Origin: an uncultured Prevotellaceae bacterium
Lineage (GTDB): Bacteria; Bacteroidota; Bacteroidia; Bacteroidales; Bacteroidaceae
NCBI GenBank assembly: GCA_902776935.1
Contig: CACYRS010000008.1
Span: forward strand, 19,253 to 83,252
DNA: 64,000 nt
Reading direction: 5' to 3'
Part shown: positions 50,664 through 61,737 of the stretch, piece after piece
Position numbering within the stretch: position 1 is the stretch's first letter
How the letters are laid out: each line of letters begins with the position of its first letter
The notes under the pieces: generated by a model
The model's input: only the letters and a program-made list of their open reading frames with translations
Told to the model about the DNA's origin: nothing
The model's database searches: none
Translations under genes and position numbers: made by a program

Positions 50664-51773
50664 ATGGACAACAACAGTATATTGCAGAAACTTGACGGAC
50701 TGGAGGCACGTTTCGAAGAGGTATCAACTCTTATTACAGACCCTGATGTGATTGCCGACCAGAACCGTTTTGTGAAATTAACTAAAGAATATAAGGATCT
50801 GGGCGACATCATGGATGCTCGCAAGAGATATATAGCCTGTCTGAATGGTATAAAGGAGGCTAAGGATATCCTCGCCAATGAGACTGACCCAGAAATGAAA
50901 GAGATGGCCCGTGAGGAACTGGCAGCTAACGAAGAGCTCCAACCCAAACTTGAAGAAGAAATCAAGATTGCCTTGATTCCCAAAGATCCTGAGGATGCAA
51001 AGAATGTGCAGATGGAGATACGTGCAGGAACGGGTGGCGATGAGGCCTGTCTCTTTGCCGGTGACCTGTTTAAAATGTACAAAAGCTATTGTGATTCAAA
51101 AGGCTGGAATCTATCTATCACTAGCGTTTCTGAGGGTGCCGTAGGTGGGTTCAAGGAGATTGACTTCGCAGTATCTGGTGCAGACGTATATGGCACATTG
51201 AAATATGAGTCAGGCGTTCATCGTGTTCAGAGAGTGCCTGCTACAGAGACTCAGGGACGTATGCACACCTCTGCAGCAACAGTTGCTGTATTGCCTGAGG
51301 CGGACAAGTTCGAGGTGCATGTTAACGAAGGTGAGATAAAATGGGATACCTTCCGTAGTTCAGGTGCTGGTGGCCAGAACGTCAACAAGGTGGAGTCTGG
51401 TGTTCGTCTACGCTATATGTGGAAGAACCCCAATACCGGTGAAACCGAAGAAATTCTCATCGAATGTACAGAGACCCGTGACCAACCAAAAAACAAGGAG
51501 CGTGCCCTGTCTCGACTCTACACCTTTATATATGATAAGGAGCACCAGAAGTATATGGACGATATAGCTTCGCGCCGTAAAAGTCTGGTCTCTACTGGTG
51601 ACCGAAGTGCAAAGATACGCACCTACAACTTCCCTCAGGGACGCGTAACTGATCACCGTATCGGATATACCACCCATGACTTGCAGGGGTTCTTAGGAGG
51701 AGATATCCAAGCAATGATCGATGCGCTTACTGTAGCAGAGAACGCAGAACGTATGAAGGAAACAGAACTATAG
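50664..51773 (+). CDS. prfA: peptide chain release factor 1
   Basis: RAGTGGDEA, PAT discriminator (RVPATE), GAGGQNVN, RTYNFPQGRVTDHRI. Confidence 0.97.
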   Translation: MDNNSILQKLDGLEARFEEVSTLITDPDVIADQNRFVKLTKEYKDLGDIMDARKRYIACLNGIKEAKDILANETDPEMKEMAREELAANEELQPKLEEEIKIALIPKDPEDAKNVQMEIRAGTGGDEACLFAGDLFKMYKSYCDSKGWNLSITSVSEGAVGGFKEIDFAVSGADVYGTLKYESGVHRVQRVPATETQGRMHTSAATVAVLPEADKFEVHVNEGEIKWDTFRSSGAGGQNVNKVESGVRLRYMWKNPNTGETEEILIECTETRDQPKNKERALSRLYTFIYDKEHQKYMDDIASRRKSLVSTGDRSAKIRTYNFPQGRVTDHRIGYTTHDLQGFLGGDIQAMIDALTVAENAERMKETEL

Positions 51774-51800
51774 AATCACTGAATCAAGGATTAAAGGATT

Positions 51801-52670
51801 ATGACAAGACAAGAATTAATAGAACAGATCAAACAAAAACATAGTTTTCTATGTGTTGGTCTCGATACTGATATAAATAAGATACCAGAGTGCGTCAAGA
51901 AACTTGTTGACGACCAGTGTGAAAATGAAGAAGACAGACTAGCTATATATATCTACGCCTTCAACAAGTTCATCATCGACGCAACGGCACCATATTGTGT
52001 AGCTTATAAACCTAATCTTGCATTCTATGAATGCTACGGCATCGATGGTTTGTATGCCTATGACCGCACAGTAAACTACTTGAAGTCGAAATACCCCAAG
52101 CATTTCATCATCGCCGATGCAAAACGTGGTGATATCGGAAATACGTCAAAGATGTACGCAAAGACCTTCTTCGAAGGTAATACTCAGGTAGATGCATTGA
52201 CAGTAGCTCCCTATATGGGCGAGGACAGCGTAACACCTTTCTTAGGATATAACGGAAAATGGGTTATTCTTCTTGCACTTACTTCAAATAAAGGCTCACA
52301 TGATTTTCAACTGACAGAAGATGCTAATAGTGAGCGTCTTTTTGAAAAGGTACTTAGAACCTCACAACAATGGGGAAATGACGAGAATATGATGTATGTC
52401 GTTGGTGCAACTCAAGGCCAGATGTTCGAGGCTATCCGAAAGTTTGCCCCTACTCATTTTCTACTGGTACCAGGTGTTGGTGCTCAGGGAGGTAGCCTTG
52501 AGGAGGTTTGCAAATACGGCATTAACAAAGACTGCGGACTATTGGTAAACAGTTCTCGCGGCATTATCTATGCATCTGCTGACAATGACTTTGCAGAAGT
52601 TGCAGGCCAAAAGGCACAACAGCTTCAGCAACAGATGTCTGCTGAGCTTAAGAAGGCTGGTATTATCTAA
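51801..52670 (+). CDS. pyrF: orotidine-5'-phosphate decarboxylase
   Basis: [35 protein letters not shown]. Confidence 0.96.
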   Translation: MTRQELIEQIKQKHSFLCVGLDTDINKIPECVKKLVDDQCENEEDRLAIYIYAFNKFIIDATAPYCVAYKPNLAFYECYGIDGLYAYDRTVNYLKSKYPKHFIIADAKRGDIGNTSKMYAKTFFEGNTQVDALTVAPYMGEDSVTPFLGYNGKWVILLALTSNKGSHDFQLTEDANSERLFEKVLRTSQQWGNDENMMYVVGATQGQMFEAIRKFAPTHFLLVPGVGAQGGSLEEVCKYGINKDCGLLVNSSRGIIYASADNDFAEVAGQKAQQLQQQMSAELKKAGII

Positions 52671-52682
52671 TCCAAATAATAC

Positions 52683-53906
52683 GTGGGAGACTCAAAGATC
52701 ATCAACGATCCGGTTTTCGGATTTATAAAAATACCACGCGGACTGCTCTACAACGTAGTAGAGCATCCTCTGTTTCAGCGCCTTAACAGAATTCATCAAC
52801 TCGGGCTGGCATCTGTAGTATATCCAGGTGCCAGACATACCAGATTTCAGCATTCGCTTGGTGCCTTTTATCTGATGACAGAAGCCGTACGCTCATTACA
52901 GGAGAAAGGTAACTTTATATTCGATTCCGAAGCAGAAGCAGTAGAAGCCGCCATTCTAATGCACGATATCGGACATGGACCTTTCTCTCATGTCCTTGAG
53001 AATACACTGATACATGGCATATCTCACGAGGATATCTCTCAAATGATGATGGAAAAGATAAATAATGACTTTAATGGACAGTTGAATCTTGCCATTTCTA
53101 TTTTCAAAGGAGAGTATGGAAAGAACTTTCTGCACCAGTTGATATCAAGTCAACTGGATATGGATAGGCTTGATTATCTAAGACGAGATTCATTCTATAC
53201 CGGAGTAACAGAAGGCAATATCGGTTCTGCACGTATCATCAAGATGTTAAACGTGATAGACGATTCTCTTGTAGTAGAGCATAAAGGAATTTATTCACTT
53301 GAGAATTACCTTACGACACGTCGTCTGATGTATTGGCAGGTATATCTCCATCGCACATGTGTGGCATACGAGAAGGTGCTTGTAAACATGTTAATGAGAG
53401 CAAAGGAACTTATAAGGATTGGGCAGGATGTGTTCGCATCACCAGCACTATATTATTTCCTCAGCAATGACGTAGACGCAGCATGGTTTGGCACTCATCC
53501 AGAGGCTTTAGAGAATTATGGAGAACTAGACGATTCTGACATATGGAGCGCCATGAAAGCATGGAAGCATCATAGCGATAAGATTCTCTCTACCCTTGCC
53601 ACAGACATGCTCGACAGAAAGATCTTTAAAGTAGAGGTTCATGAAGAGCCTATCACAGAAGACAGAATCACAGAATTAAAGGAAAAGATAGCTCAAAAAC
53701 TAGATATTCCCATAAATGACGCGCACTATCTTATGAGTGTTAATACCATTTCAAAAGACATGTATAACGTGGACGATGATAGTATCACAATTCTTTACAA
53801 AGACGGTTCTATTCGCGATATTTCCGAAGCTTCCGAATTGCTAAATGTTCAGTTACTTTCTAAAAAAATAAGAAAATATTATCTTTGTTATCAGCGTTTC
53901 GAATAA
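52683..53906 (+). CDS. HD-domain phosphohydrolase (dNTPase-like)
   Basis: HTRFQHSLG, HDIGHGPFSH, DMDRLDYL.RD. Confidence 0.92.
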   Translation: MGDSKIINDPVFGFIKIPRGLLYNVVEHPLFQRLNRIHQLGLASVVYPGARHTRFQHSLGAFYLMTEAVRSLQEKGNFIFDSEAEAVEAAILMHDIGHGPFSHVLENTLIHGISHEDISQMMMEKINNDFNGQLNLAISIFKGEYGKNFLHQLISSQLDMDRLDYLRRDSFYTGVTEGNIGSARIIKMLNVIDDSLVVEHKGIYSLENYLTTRRLMYWQVYLHRTCVAYEKVLVNMLMRAKELIRIGQDVFASPALYYFLSNDVDAAWFGTHPEALENYGELDDSDIWSAMKAWKHHSDKILSTLATDMLDRKIFKVEVHEEPITEDRITELKEKIAQKLDIPINDAHYLMSVNTISKDMYNVDDDSITILYKDGSIRDISEASELLNVQLLSKKIRKYYLCYQRFE

Positions 53907-53953
53907 TTTTTGCTATCTTTGCGGTCAAATAGAAACAAAACATAACGAAAGAT

Positions 53954-54997
53954 ATGGAATTTACAGCCAAGCAAGTTGCCGACATGATCGGTGGCCGTGT
54001 GGAGGGCAACGAAAATGCCGCCATTAGCAGTTTTGCAAAAATAGAAGAGGGAAAGCCTGGAGCGATCTCTTTCCTGTCAAATCCGAAATATACTCATTAC
54101 ATTTACGATACAGAGTCCAGCGTTGTGCTTATCAACGAAGATGTAGAGTTGGAAAAGCCTGTAACAGCTACGCTTATACGTGTTAAGAACGCATATGAGA
54201 GTGTTGCCAAGTTGCTTCAATTTTATGAGTCGATGAAACCTCGCAAGACTGGTATCGACCCTCATGCATCCATATCAGAGAAGGCGAAAATTGGCGAAAA
54301 CGTATACATTGGAGCCTTTGTATGCATTGGTGATGGTACTGTGATTGGCGATAACACCCAGATATATCCTAATACCGTTATAGGTGACGGAGTAACAATT
54401 GGTGAAAAATGCACCCTTTTCCCTAATATTACAGTGTACCAAGGGTGTAAAATAGGAAATAACGTTACAATTCATGCAGGTTCCGTAATTGGAGCCGATG
54501 GTTTTGGATTTGCTCCTAATGCAGAAGGATACGACAAAATTCCACAGATTGGAATCGTTATTATCGAAGATAATGTCGAGATTGGCGCCAACACATGTAT
54601 CGACCGTTCAACAATGGGACAAACAATCATTCACAAAGGTGTAAAACTCGACAATCTTATTCAGGTTGCCCACAATTGCGAGATTGGAGAGAGTACTGTA
54701 ATGTCCGCACAAGTAGGCATGGCAGGTTCAACGAAGATCGGAGCATGGTGTATGGTTGGCGGTCAGGCCGGTTTTGCAGGGCACATCCACGTCAAGGATA
54801 AGACTTTCATAGGTGCTCAGTGTGGTGTCATCGGTGATACTAAAGGCGATGGAGAACAACTTATCGGCTCTCCTGCTGTCAACCCGAAGATTTTCTTCAA
54901 AGCAAGGGCTCTCGATGCCAAATTGCCTGAGATGTATCGCCAAATAGCAGCTCTTCAGCGTGAACTGAATGCCCTGAAAGAGGAAATCAAAAAGTAA
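53954..54997 (+). CDS. lpxD: UDP-3-O-acylglucosamine N-acyltransferase
   Basis: ISFLSNPKY, hexapeptide repeats, [18 protein letters not shown]. Confidence 0.97.
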   Translation: MEFTAKQVADMIGGRVEGNENAAISSFAKIEEGKPGAISFLSNPKYTHYIYDTESSVVLINEDVELEKPVTATLIRVKNAYESVAKLLQFYESMKPRKTGIDPHASISEKAKIGENVYIGAFVCIGDGTVIGDNTQIYPNTVIGDGVTIGEKCTLFPNITVYQGCKIGNNVTIHAGSVIGADGFGFAPNAEGYDKIPQIGIVIIEDNVEIGANTCIDRSTMGQTIIHKGVKLDNLIQVAHNCEIGESTVMSAQVGMAGSTKIGAWCMVGGQAGFAGHIHVKDKTFIGAQCGVIGDTKGDGEQLIGSPAVNPKIFFKARALDAKLPEMYRQIAALQRELNALKEEIKK

Positions 54998-55016
54998 CAA
55001 ACAAGAAAACAAAAAT

Positions 55017-56399
55017 ATGAAGCAGAAAACTTTGAAAGGCAGTTTTTCTTTGTTCGGAAAGGGACTGCACACAGGTTTGAACCTTACTGTAACGTTTAAT
55101 CCTGCTCCTGAGAATACAGGATACAAGATTCAGCGTATCGACCTCGAAGGCGAACCTGTCATTGATGCTATCGCAGAGAATGTCGTTGACACCCAGCGTG
55201 GAACGGTACTTGGCAAGGGCGAAGCAAAATGTTCTACTGTAGAGCACGGACTCTCAGCACTTTATGCCCTTGGCATCGACAACTGTTTGATACAGGTTAA
55301 TGGTCCAGAGTTTCCTATCCTAGACGGATCAGCGATTAAGTATGTTGAGAAGATTAGAGAAGTTGGTATCGAAGAACAGAACGCACCAAAGGACTGGTAC
55401 GTCATCCGCAAGAAAATTGAGGTAAAGGACGAACAGACAGGCTCTTGTATCACTATCCTACCCGATGAAGACTTCTCAATAACAGCAATGTGTTCTTTTG
55501 AGTCAAAGTTTATCAGTTCGCAGTTTGCGACCCTTGATGACCCATCAAAGTATGCAGAGGAGATTGCAAGTGCACGTACCTTCGTCTTCGTTCGTGATAT
55601 CGAGCCTTTATTGCAGGCAAACCTGATTAAAGGCGGTGACCTCGATAATGCTATCGTTATCTATGAGCGCCAGACCACTCAGGATCGTCTCGACATGCTG
55701 GCAGACATGCTTCACGTAGAACATCGCGACGCCACAGACTTAGGATATATACAGCACAAGCCATTGCAATGGGACAATGAGTGCACCCGACACAAACTTC
55801 TCGATATCATTGGCGACATGGCACTTATCGGCAAACCTATCAAGGGCCGTATCATTGCCACACGTCCTGGTCATACCATCAACAACAAGTTTGCCCGTCT
55901 GATGCGTAAGGAGATTCGCAAGCATGAGATTCAGGCACCTGTATATGATCCGAACGAAGAACCGATAATGGACGTAAACCGTATCCGTGAACTACTTCCA
56001 CACCGCTATCCCATGCAGCTTGTGGATAAGGTAATAAGTCTTGGTGCTAACACAATCGTAGGTATCAAGAACATCACATCCAATGAACCATTCTTCCAAG
56101 GTCACTTCCCTGAAGAGCCTGTAATGCCTGGTGTACTTCAGATTGAGGCTATGGCTCAGTGCGGAGGGCTGCTGGTACTGAACACACTGGAGAATCCTAA
56201 GGAGTGGAGTACATATTTCATGAAAATCAACGATGTAAAATTCCGTCAGAAAGTCGTTCCTGGCGATACACTAATCTTCAAGGTTGACCTGTTGGCACCA
56301 GTACGTCATGGTATCTCTTCTATGAAAGGATATATCTTCGTTGGCGATCATGTTGTTGCAGAGGCGACATTCACCGCTCAAATCGTAAAAAACAAGTAA
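55017..56399 (+). CDS. lpxC-fabZ: bifunctional LpxC / FabZ
   Basis: GKGLHTG, TVEH, HKLLD (LpxC); LPHRYP, GHFP..PVMPGV (FabZ). Confidence 0.96.
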   Translation: MKQKTLKGSFSLFGKGLHTGLNLTVTFNPAPENTGYKIQRIDLEGEPVIDAIAENVVDTQRGTVLGKGEAKCSTVEHGLSALYALGIDNCLIQVNGPEFPILDGSAIKYVEKIREVGIEEQNAPKDWYVIRKKIEVKDEQTGSCITILPDEDFSITAMCSFESKFISSQFATLDDPSKYAEEIASARTFVFVRDIEPLLQANLIKGGDLDNAIVIYERQTTQDRLDMLADMLHVEHRDATDLGYIQHKPLQWDNECTRHKLLDIIGDMALIGKPIKGRIIATRPGHTINNKFARLMRKEIRKHEIQAPVYDPNEEPIMDVNRIRELLPHRYPMQLVDKVISLGANTIVGIKNITSNEPFFQGHFPEEPVMPGVLQIEAMAQCGGLLVLNTLENPKEWSTYFMKINDVKFRQKVVPGDTLIFKVDLLAPVRHGISSMKGYIFVGDHVVAEATFTAQIVKNK

Positions 56400-56404
56400 A
56401 GAAT

Positions 56405-57178
56405 ATGGCAAATCAGATTCATCCTTTAGCAGTTATCGACCCTGAGGCAAAACTCGGTGAAGGTAATATTATAGGTCCTTTCTGTGTAATCGACAAGAAT
56501 GTCGTTATTGGCGACAACAACAAGTTATACAATGGCGTAACATTGCACTTCGGCACACGTATAGGTAATAACAACGAGATATTCCCAGGTGCAAGTATAT
56601 CTACGAAACCCCAAGATTTGAAATTTCAAGGCGAGGAGACCACATGCGAAATTGGCGACAATAACTCTATCCGTGAGAATGTTACTATCAGTCGCGGAAC
56701 AGCATCTAAGGGAAAGACCGTTGTTGGCAATGGTAATCTCCTAATGGAAAATATGCACATTGGCCACGACTGCGTAATTGGCAATGGCTGTATAATAGGC
56801 AACTCTACGAAGTTTGCTGGTGAGGTGGTTGTCGACGACTATGCCATCATCTCTGCCACCTGTCTTTTCCACCAGTTCCTCCACGTTGGCGGGTACATCA
56901 TGTTCCAGGGTGGTACACGTACCAGTCAGGATATCCCCCCTTATGTCATCGCTGGCAAGGAACCTGTACGTTATGCAGGAGTGAATCTCGTAGGTCTACG
57001 CCGTAGAGGATTCCCACGTGAGACCATCGAAGCTATCCACGAGGCTTATCGTATCATCTATTCCCAGGGGGTACTGAAAGATGGTGTATCTATGGCCCGC
57101 GAACAGTTCCCAGACTCTAAGGAGGTTGAATATATCTGCTCGTTCATAGAGAACTCAAAACGAGGCATTATCAGATAA
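56405..57178 (+). CDS. lpxA: UDP-N-acetylglucosamine O-acyltransferase
   Basis: PQDLKF, IRENVTISRGT, HIGHDC, NLVGLRRRGF. Confidence 0.96.
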   Translation: MANQIHPLAVIDPEAKLGEGNIIGPFCVIDKNVVIGDNNKLYNGVTLHFGTRIGNNNEIFPGASISTKPQDLKFQGEETTCEIGDNNSIRENVTISRGTASKGKTVVGNGNLLMENMHIGHDCVIGNGCIIGNSTKFAGEVVVDDYAIISATCLFHQFLHVGGYIMFQGGTRTSQDIPPYVIAGKEPVRYAGVNLVGLRRRGFPRETIEAIHEAYRIIYSQGVLKDGVSMAREQFPDSKEVEYICSFIENSKRGIIR

Positions 57179-58081
57179 TTGGACAAGACGCTTATAGTCA
57201 TCACCGGTCCTACGGCAGTTGGCAAGACACAATTATGTCTCGATATCGCCCGGCACTTCGACATTCCTATCATCAATGCCGACTCCCGTCAAATTTACAA
57301 GGAACTAAGCATTGGCACTGCCAAGCCGACAGACGCAGAGATGCAAGGCATAAAGCACTATTTCGTAGGCACACTGAGCCTTCATGATTATTATAGTGCA
57401 TCGATCTTTGAACAACAGGTACTAGAGTTACTCGACAGACTATTCCTGACCAGCGACTATGCATTGATATCTGGCGGTAGCATGATGTATATCGATGCTG
57501 TCTGCGATGGAATCGACGATATTCCCACTATCGACGACATAACTAGAGAGAAGATGAAAAAGCGTCTAGATGAGGAAGGTCTTGAAAGGCTCTGCGAGGA
57601 ACTTCAGCGTCTTGACCCTGACTACTACGAAATCGTAGACCGTAAGAATCCCAAACGTGTGGTTCACGCTCTCGAGATATGTACTATGACAGGCAAGACA
57701 TACACATCTTTTCGTAAGAGAGAGAAGAAGATACGACCTTTCAGAATCATCAAGATCGGCCTCAACAGAGATAGGGAGGAGTTATATCATCGTATCAATA
57801 TAAGAGTCGACCAGATGATGCAGCAAGGATTGCTGAAAGAGGCAGAAAACGTATATAGATTAAAAGATTTAAACGCATTAAATACTGTTGGTTACAAAGA
57901 GATATTCAACTATCTTGAAGGGCGATGGCCATTAGAAGAAGCTGTTGAACGCATCAAGGGAAACACTCGCCGATACGCTCGAAAACAGCTTACCTGGTAT
58001 AAGAAGGACCCCAATATCCTCTGGTTTCATCCTGACCAAAAAGAAGAAATCATCAACTACATATTATCAAAGGGAATATGA
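57179..58081 (+). CDS. miaA: tRNA dimethylallyltransferase
   Basis: [29 protein letters not shown]. Confidence 0.96.
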   Translation: MDKTLIVITGPTAVGKTQLCLDIARHFDIPIINADSRQIYKELSIGTAKPTDAEMQGIKHYFVGTLSLHDYYSASIFEQQVLELLDRLFLTSDYALISGGSMMYIDAVCDGIDDIPTIDDITREKMKKRLDEEGLERLCEELQRLDPDYYEIVDRKNPKRVVHALEICTMTGKTYTSFRKREKKIRPFRIIKIGLNRDREELYHRINIRVDQMMQQGLLKEAENVYRLKDLNALNTVGYKEIFNYLEGRWPLEEAVERIKGNTRRYARKQLTWYKKDPNILWFHPDQKEEIINYILSKGI

Positions 58082-60555
58082 AAGAGATTGCAAATAAGAT
58101 TTTAAACTTCATAAAAGGCATTTGGCCTTGGTATAAGAGTTTATATAAGGGTCGCCCCTGGTATGTAAAGATACCTGTGGCGATTATTTCGTTAATTGCG
58201 GCTTTCTTCATTTATCTGGGTGCTGTAGACACAAATTTCTTGTGGCTCTTTGGAAAGTCACCATCGATGTCTACAATCAAGAACAAGCGTCCGTCGCAGG
58301 CATCAGAGATTTATAGTGCCGATAATGTGATGATTGGTAAGTTCTTCAGCGAGAACCGTACTCCTGTGAAATACGAAGAGGTGAATCCTGTATTTTGGAA
58401 AGCTCTTATCGACACAGAGGATGAACGTTTCTATTCCCATCACGGCATAGACTATACGGCCTTTGCCGCTGTTGCAAAAGAGTATATCCTACATCGTGAT
58501 GCCCGTGGAGCCTCTACTATCACTCAACAATTAGCAAAGAATCTCTTCCGCACTCGCTCAGAATACTCTACAGGTCTGCTTGGCAACATACCAGGTCTTA
58601 AGATGCTCATAATGAAGAGTAAGGAGTGGATTACGGCATACAAACTAGAGTATTTCTTCTCTAAGAATGAGATTCTGACGCAGTATGCCAACACCGTCGA
58701 CTTCGGTTCTAATGCTTTTGGTATAAAAACAGCATGTAAGACCTACTTTGGCTGTGCCCCAAAGGATCTTACTACAGAACAGGCTGCTGTTTTGGTTGGA
58801 ATGCTTAAAGCAACAACTTATTACAATCCGCTCATTAATCCTGAAAATTCCCTGAAACGTCGTAATATCGTTCTCGACCTGATGCGTCAGCATGGCGACC
58901 TCACAGAAGAAGAGTGCGACACACTTAAAGCAAAGCCGATAAAACTAGATTTCAGCGTAGAAAATGCCTATGATGGTCAGGCCACTTATTTCCGTGAGGC
59001 TGTGGCAAGTTATCTCAAAGATTGGTGTAAGGACAACGATTATGACCTATATACCGATGGTCTGAAGATATACACTACTATCGACACCCGTATGCAGAAA
59101 TATGCTGAGGAGGCAGCCCGCAAGCAGATGCGACAGGTACAGAACAACTTCAACAACCACTGGGGATCTACTAATCCCTGGCAGGATGAACGCCATCAGG
59201 AAATTCGTAATTTCATCGAGGATATAGCTAAGCGTCAACCATATTACAAGACTCTTAAGCAAAAGTTTGACGGAAACGAGGATTCTATCAATTATTATCT
59301 CAATCTACCTCATAAGGTTAAGGTGTTCGACTACGACGGAGGTCAGATAGAGAAAGAGATGTCGACGATGGACTCTATACGATATATGGTGCGATTCATG
59401 CATTGCGGTTTCGTAGCCTTGGAGGCAGAGACTGGTCACGTAAAAGCATGGGTAGGCGATATCGACTTCAAATCATGGAAATATGACAAGGTTACAGCTC
59501 AGCGTCAGCCTGGTTCTACATTCAAGCTCTTTGTATATACAGAAGCGATGAATCAGGGATTAACACCATGTGATCGACGTCAGGATTCGTATTTCGCGAT
59601 GAAAGCTTGGGATCCGGCTTCAAAGAAAGACGTGACATGGGCTCCGACAAATGCCAACGGATACTTCACAGGCGACTCTATGCCTCTGAAGGTAGCCTTC
59701 GCACAAAGTGTGAATTCCATTGCTGTTAAGCTTGGTCAGGAGGTTGGTATCCAGAATATCGTAAACACAGCTCATAATATGGGTATCAAGAGTAAGCTCG
59801 CCCCCACTCCATCACTTGCATTGGGCTCTAGCGATGTCAATCTGCTTGAACTCGTCAACAGCTATTGTACTGTAGCTAACGATGGAAAAGCTCATGATCC
59901 TGTATTGGTAGTACGTATCCTCGACCGCGATGGAAAGGAGATCTATGCAGGTCCGACAGAACAACGTCAGGCGATACCATATAAGAGTGCTTACCTTATG
60001 CAACAAATGCTCCTAGGCGGTCTTCGCGAGCGCGGAGGTACATCTATGAGTCTTTGGGGTTATGTAGGTGCTTTTGATAAAGATACTGAATTTGGTGGTA
60101 AGACAGGAACATCAAATAATCACTCTGATGCCTGGTTCGTGGGAGTATCACCTAAACTCGTTGCTGGTGCATGGGTTGGAGGCGAGTATCGCAGCATTCA
60201 CTTCCGCACAGGCCAACTGGGACAGGGCTCTCGTACCGCTCTACCTATCTGCGGATATTTTTTCCAGAGCGTGATGGGCGACAAGAATTTCCAGCAGTAT
60301 CATGCGAAGTTCGGAAAACCGAAAGATGAGAATATCCGTCAGGAGATGTATATGAACTGTGCATACACATATCATGTAGCTGATTCCGACTCTGTCGGAC
60401 TTGACTCAATTGACCTCGAAGGAGTCGACGAATATATCGAACTCGACGAAATGGGTAATCCTATTCAAAAAAGTGACAAGCCATCAGAGCCTGCAGAAGT
60501 AAATCAAGAGCCAACTGAATCTCCTGCAAATACACAGGCCACAAAGGAGGAATAA
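58078..60555 (+). CDS. class A penicillin-binding protein (PBP1A-like)
   Basis: [21 protein letters not shown] (transglycosylase); STFK, SVN, KTG (transpeptidase). Confidence 0.95.
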   Translation: MKEIANKILNFIKGIWPWYKSLYKGRPWYVKIPVAIISLIAAFFIYLGAVDTNFLWLFGKSPSMSTIKNKRPSQASEIYSADNVMIGKFFSENRTPVKYEEVNPVFWKALIDTEDERFYSHHGIDYTAFAAVAKEYILHRDARGASTITQQLAKNLFRTRSEYSTGLLGNIPGLKMLIMKSKEWITAYKLEYFFSKNEILTQYANTVDFGSNAFGIKTACKTYFGCAPKDLTTEQAAVLVGMLKATTYYNPLINPENSLKRRNIVLDLMRQHGDLTEEECDTLKAKPIKLDFSVENAYDGQATYFREAVASYLKDWCKDNDYDLYTDGLKIYTTIDTRMQKYAEEAARKQMRQVQNNFNNHWGSTNPWQDERHQEIRNFIEDIAKRQPYYKTLKQKFDGNEDSINYYLNLPHKVKVFDYDGGQIEKEMSTMDSIRYMVRFMHCGFVALEAETGHVKAWVGDIDFKSWKYDKVTAQRQPGSTFKLFVYTEAMNQGLTPCDRRQDSYFAMKAWDPASKKDVTWAPTNANGYFTGDSMPLKVAFAQSVNSIAVKLGQEVGIQNIVNTAHNMGIKSKLAPTPSLALGSSDVNLLELVNSYCTVANDGKAHDPVLVVRILDRDGKEIYAGPTEQRQAIPYKSAYLMQQMLLGGLRERGGTSMSLWGYVGAFDKDTEFGGKTGTSNNHSDAWFVGVSPKLVAGAWVGGEYRSIHFRTGQLGQGSRTALPICGYFFQSVMGDKNFQQYHAKFGKPKDENIRQEMYMNCAYTYHVADSDSVGLDSIDLEGVDEYIELDEMGNPIQKSDKPSEPAEVNQEPTESPANTQATKEE

Positions 60556-60671
60556 ATCCTCTTTTTATATCGGTAATTCAATCGATTGCGCGCATAATGA
60601 TGTTAATATTTGATAAATTTTGCAGTTGTGCGGGTACACAAATAGGGTTTTATAAAAAAAACAAGAAAAAG

Positions 60672-60703
60672 TTTGTGGGATTGAAAAAAAAGGCCTACCT
60701 TTG
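60672..60703 (+). promoter_or_regulatory. -33/-7 promoter of the candidate sRNA
   Basis: TTTG (60672-60675), 20 nt spacer, TACCTTTG (60696-60703). Confidence 0.75.
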
Positions 60704-60708
60704 CAGAC

Positions 60709-60796
60709 GTTATCCTGAAAACAATCTTTTTACCTTAGGAAACTAATACCTATTGAAGGTTTGGAGCGATCACTTGCGAAAGTCGTCGCTTTTTTT
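60709..60796 (+). ncRNA. candidate small RNA (~88 nt)
   Basis: Own promoter; no ATG in the interval; ends in AGCGATCACTT-GCGA-AAGTCGTCGCT plus a U-run. Confidence 0.6.
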
Positions 60797-60838
60797 ATTT
60801 CCCTTCCCGATTTGTTAAACTTTCATAAAACTAAATAC

Positions 60839-60870
60839 AAAGTTCAAGGCTCGAAGTTCAAAGTTCAAAG
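60839..60870 (+). repeat. degenerate heptamer tandem repeat (AAGTTCA)n
   Basis: aaagttca aggctcg aagttca aagttca aag. Confidence 0.7.
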
Positions 60871-60878
60871 AAAATTAG

Positions 60879-60886
60879 TACCTTTG
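60879..60886 (+). promoter_or_regulatory. -7 promoter box for rplU-rpmA
   Basis: TACCTTTG followed by CAC. Confidence 0.7.
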
Positions 60887-60976
60887 CACCCCGATTTGAG
60901 TCCGTTGGGGCAGAGTCAAGTGCTTACGAACGTATGCCGCCTCGCGGAAAAAACCCTTTAATACAATAAATAAATA

Positions 60977-61294
60977 ATGTACGCAATTGTAGAGATTCAG
61001 GGTCAGCAGTTCAAGGTAGAGCAAGGAAACAAGCTCTTCGTGCATCACATCAAAGATGTTGAGGCAGGTAAGACTGTTGAATTTGACAAGGTGCTGCTCG
61101 TAGATGCTGACGGTGCAGTAAAGGTAGGTGCTCCGACCGTAGAGGGAGCAAAGGTAGTATGTGAAGTAATCAACCCACTCGTAAAGGGTGACAAGGTGAT
61201 TGTATTCAAGATGAAGCGTCGCAAGGACTCTCGTAAGCGCAACGGTCATCGTGAGCAGTTCACTCAGGTTGAAGTTAAATCAGTAATCGCTTAA
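60977..61294 (+). CDS. rplU: 50S ribosomal protein L21
   Basis: MYAIVEI.GQQFKVE, FK.KRRK..RK.NGHR. Confidence 0.98.
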   Translation: MYAIVEIQGQQFKVEQGNKLFVHHIKDVEAGKTVEFDKVLLVDADGAVKVGAPTVEGAKVVCEVINPLVKGDKVIVFKMKRRKDSRKRNGHREQFTQVEVKSVIA

Positions 61295-61312
61295 ATCAAG
61301 GAGGACTTAGAA

Positions 61313-61554
61313 ATGGCTCATAAAAAAGGTGTAGGTAGTTCTAAGAACGGTCGTGAGAGCGCAGCTCAGCGACTGGGCATTAAGATTTTCGGCGGTTCAT
61401 CGTTCGCCAGCGCGGTACAAAGCACAACGCAGGTAGCAATGTCGCTATTGGTAAGGACGATACTCTCTACGCTCTCGTAGACGGTACTGTTAACTTCCAC
61501 AAGGGCAAGTTCAACAAGAGCGTTGTCTCAGTAATCCCCAACGCTGAGGCCTAA
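61313..61554 (+). pseudogene. rpmA: 50S ribosomal protein L27, frameshifted as assembled
   Basis: [28 protein letters not shown], then a frame change at 61396/61397. [18 protein letters not shown] continues in another frame to TAA at 61554. Confidence 0.9.
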
Positions 61555-61590
61555 ACATTAAAAGAAAAAAAACTTATTCCAAACAAACAA

Positions 61591-61631
61591 CAGAGTCCTT
61601 CTCTCCTATGGAGAGAGGGATTTCTGCTTTT
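61591..61631 (+). terminator. terminator after rpmA
   Basis: CAGAGTCCTTCTCTC-CTATG-GAGAGAGGGATTTCTG followed by Ts. Confidence 0.65.
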
Positions 61632-61737
61632 ATAGCCTTACTTTTAATAGTTTTTTTAAAGAATACTTTGGTATATCGTAAGAAATTTGTAATTTTGCAC
61701 CTTAGAACAGATATCAACAAATAAATACGTATTTAAT

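Noticed and set aside
55017-56399. LpxC-FabZ fusion
   Set aside because: Standard in Bacteroidetes.
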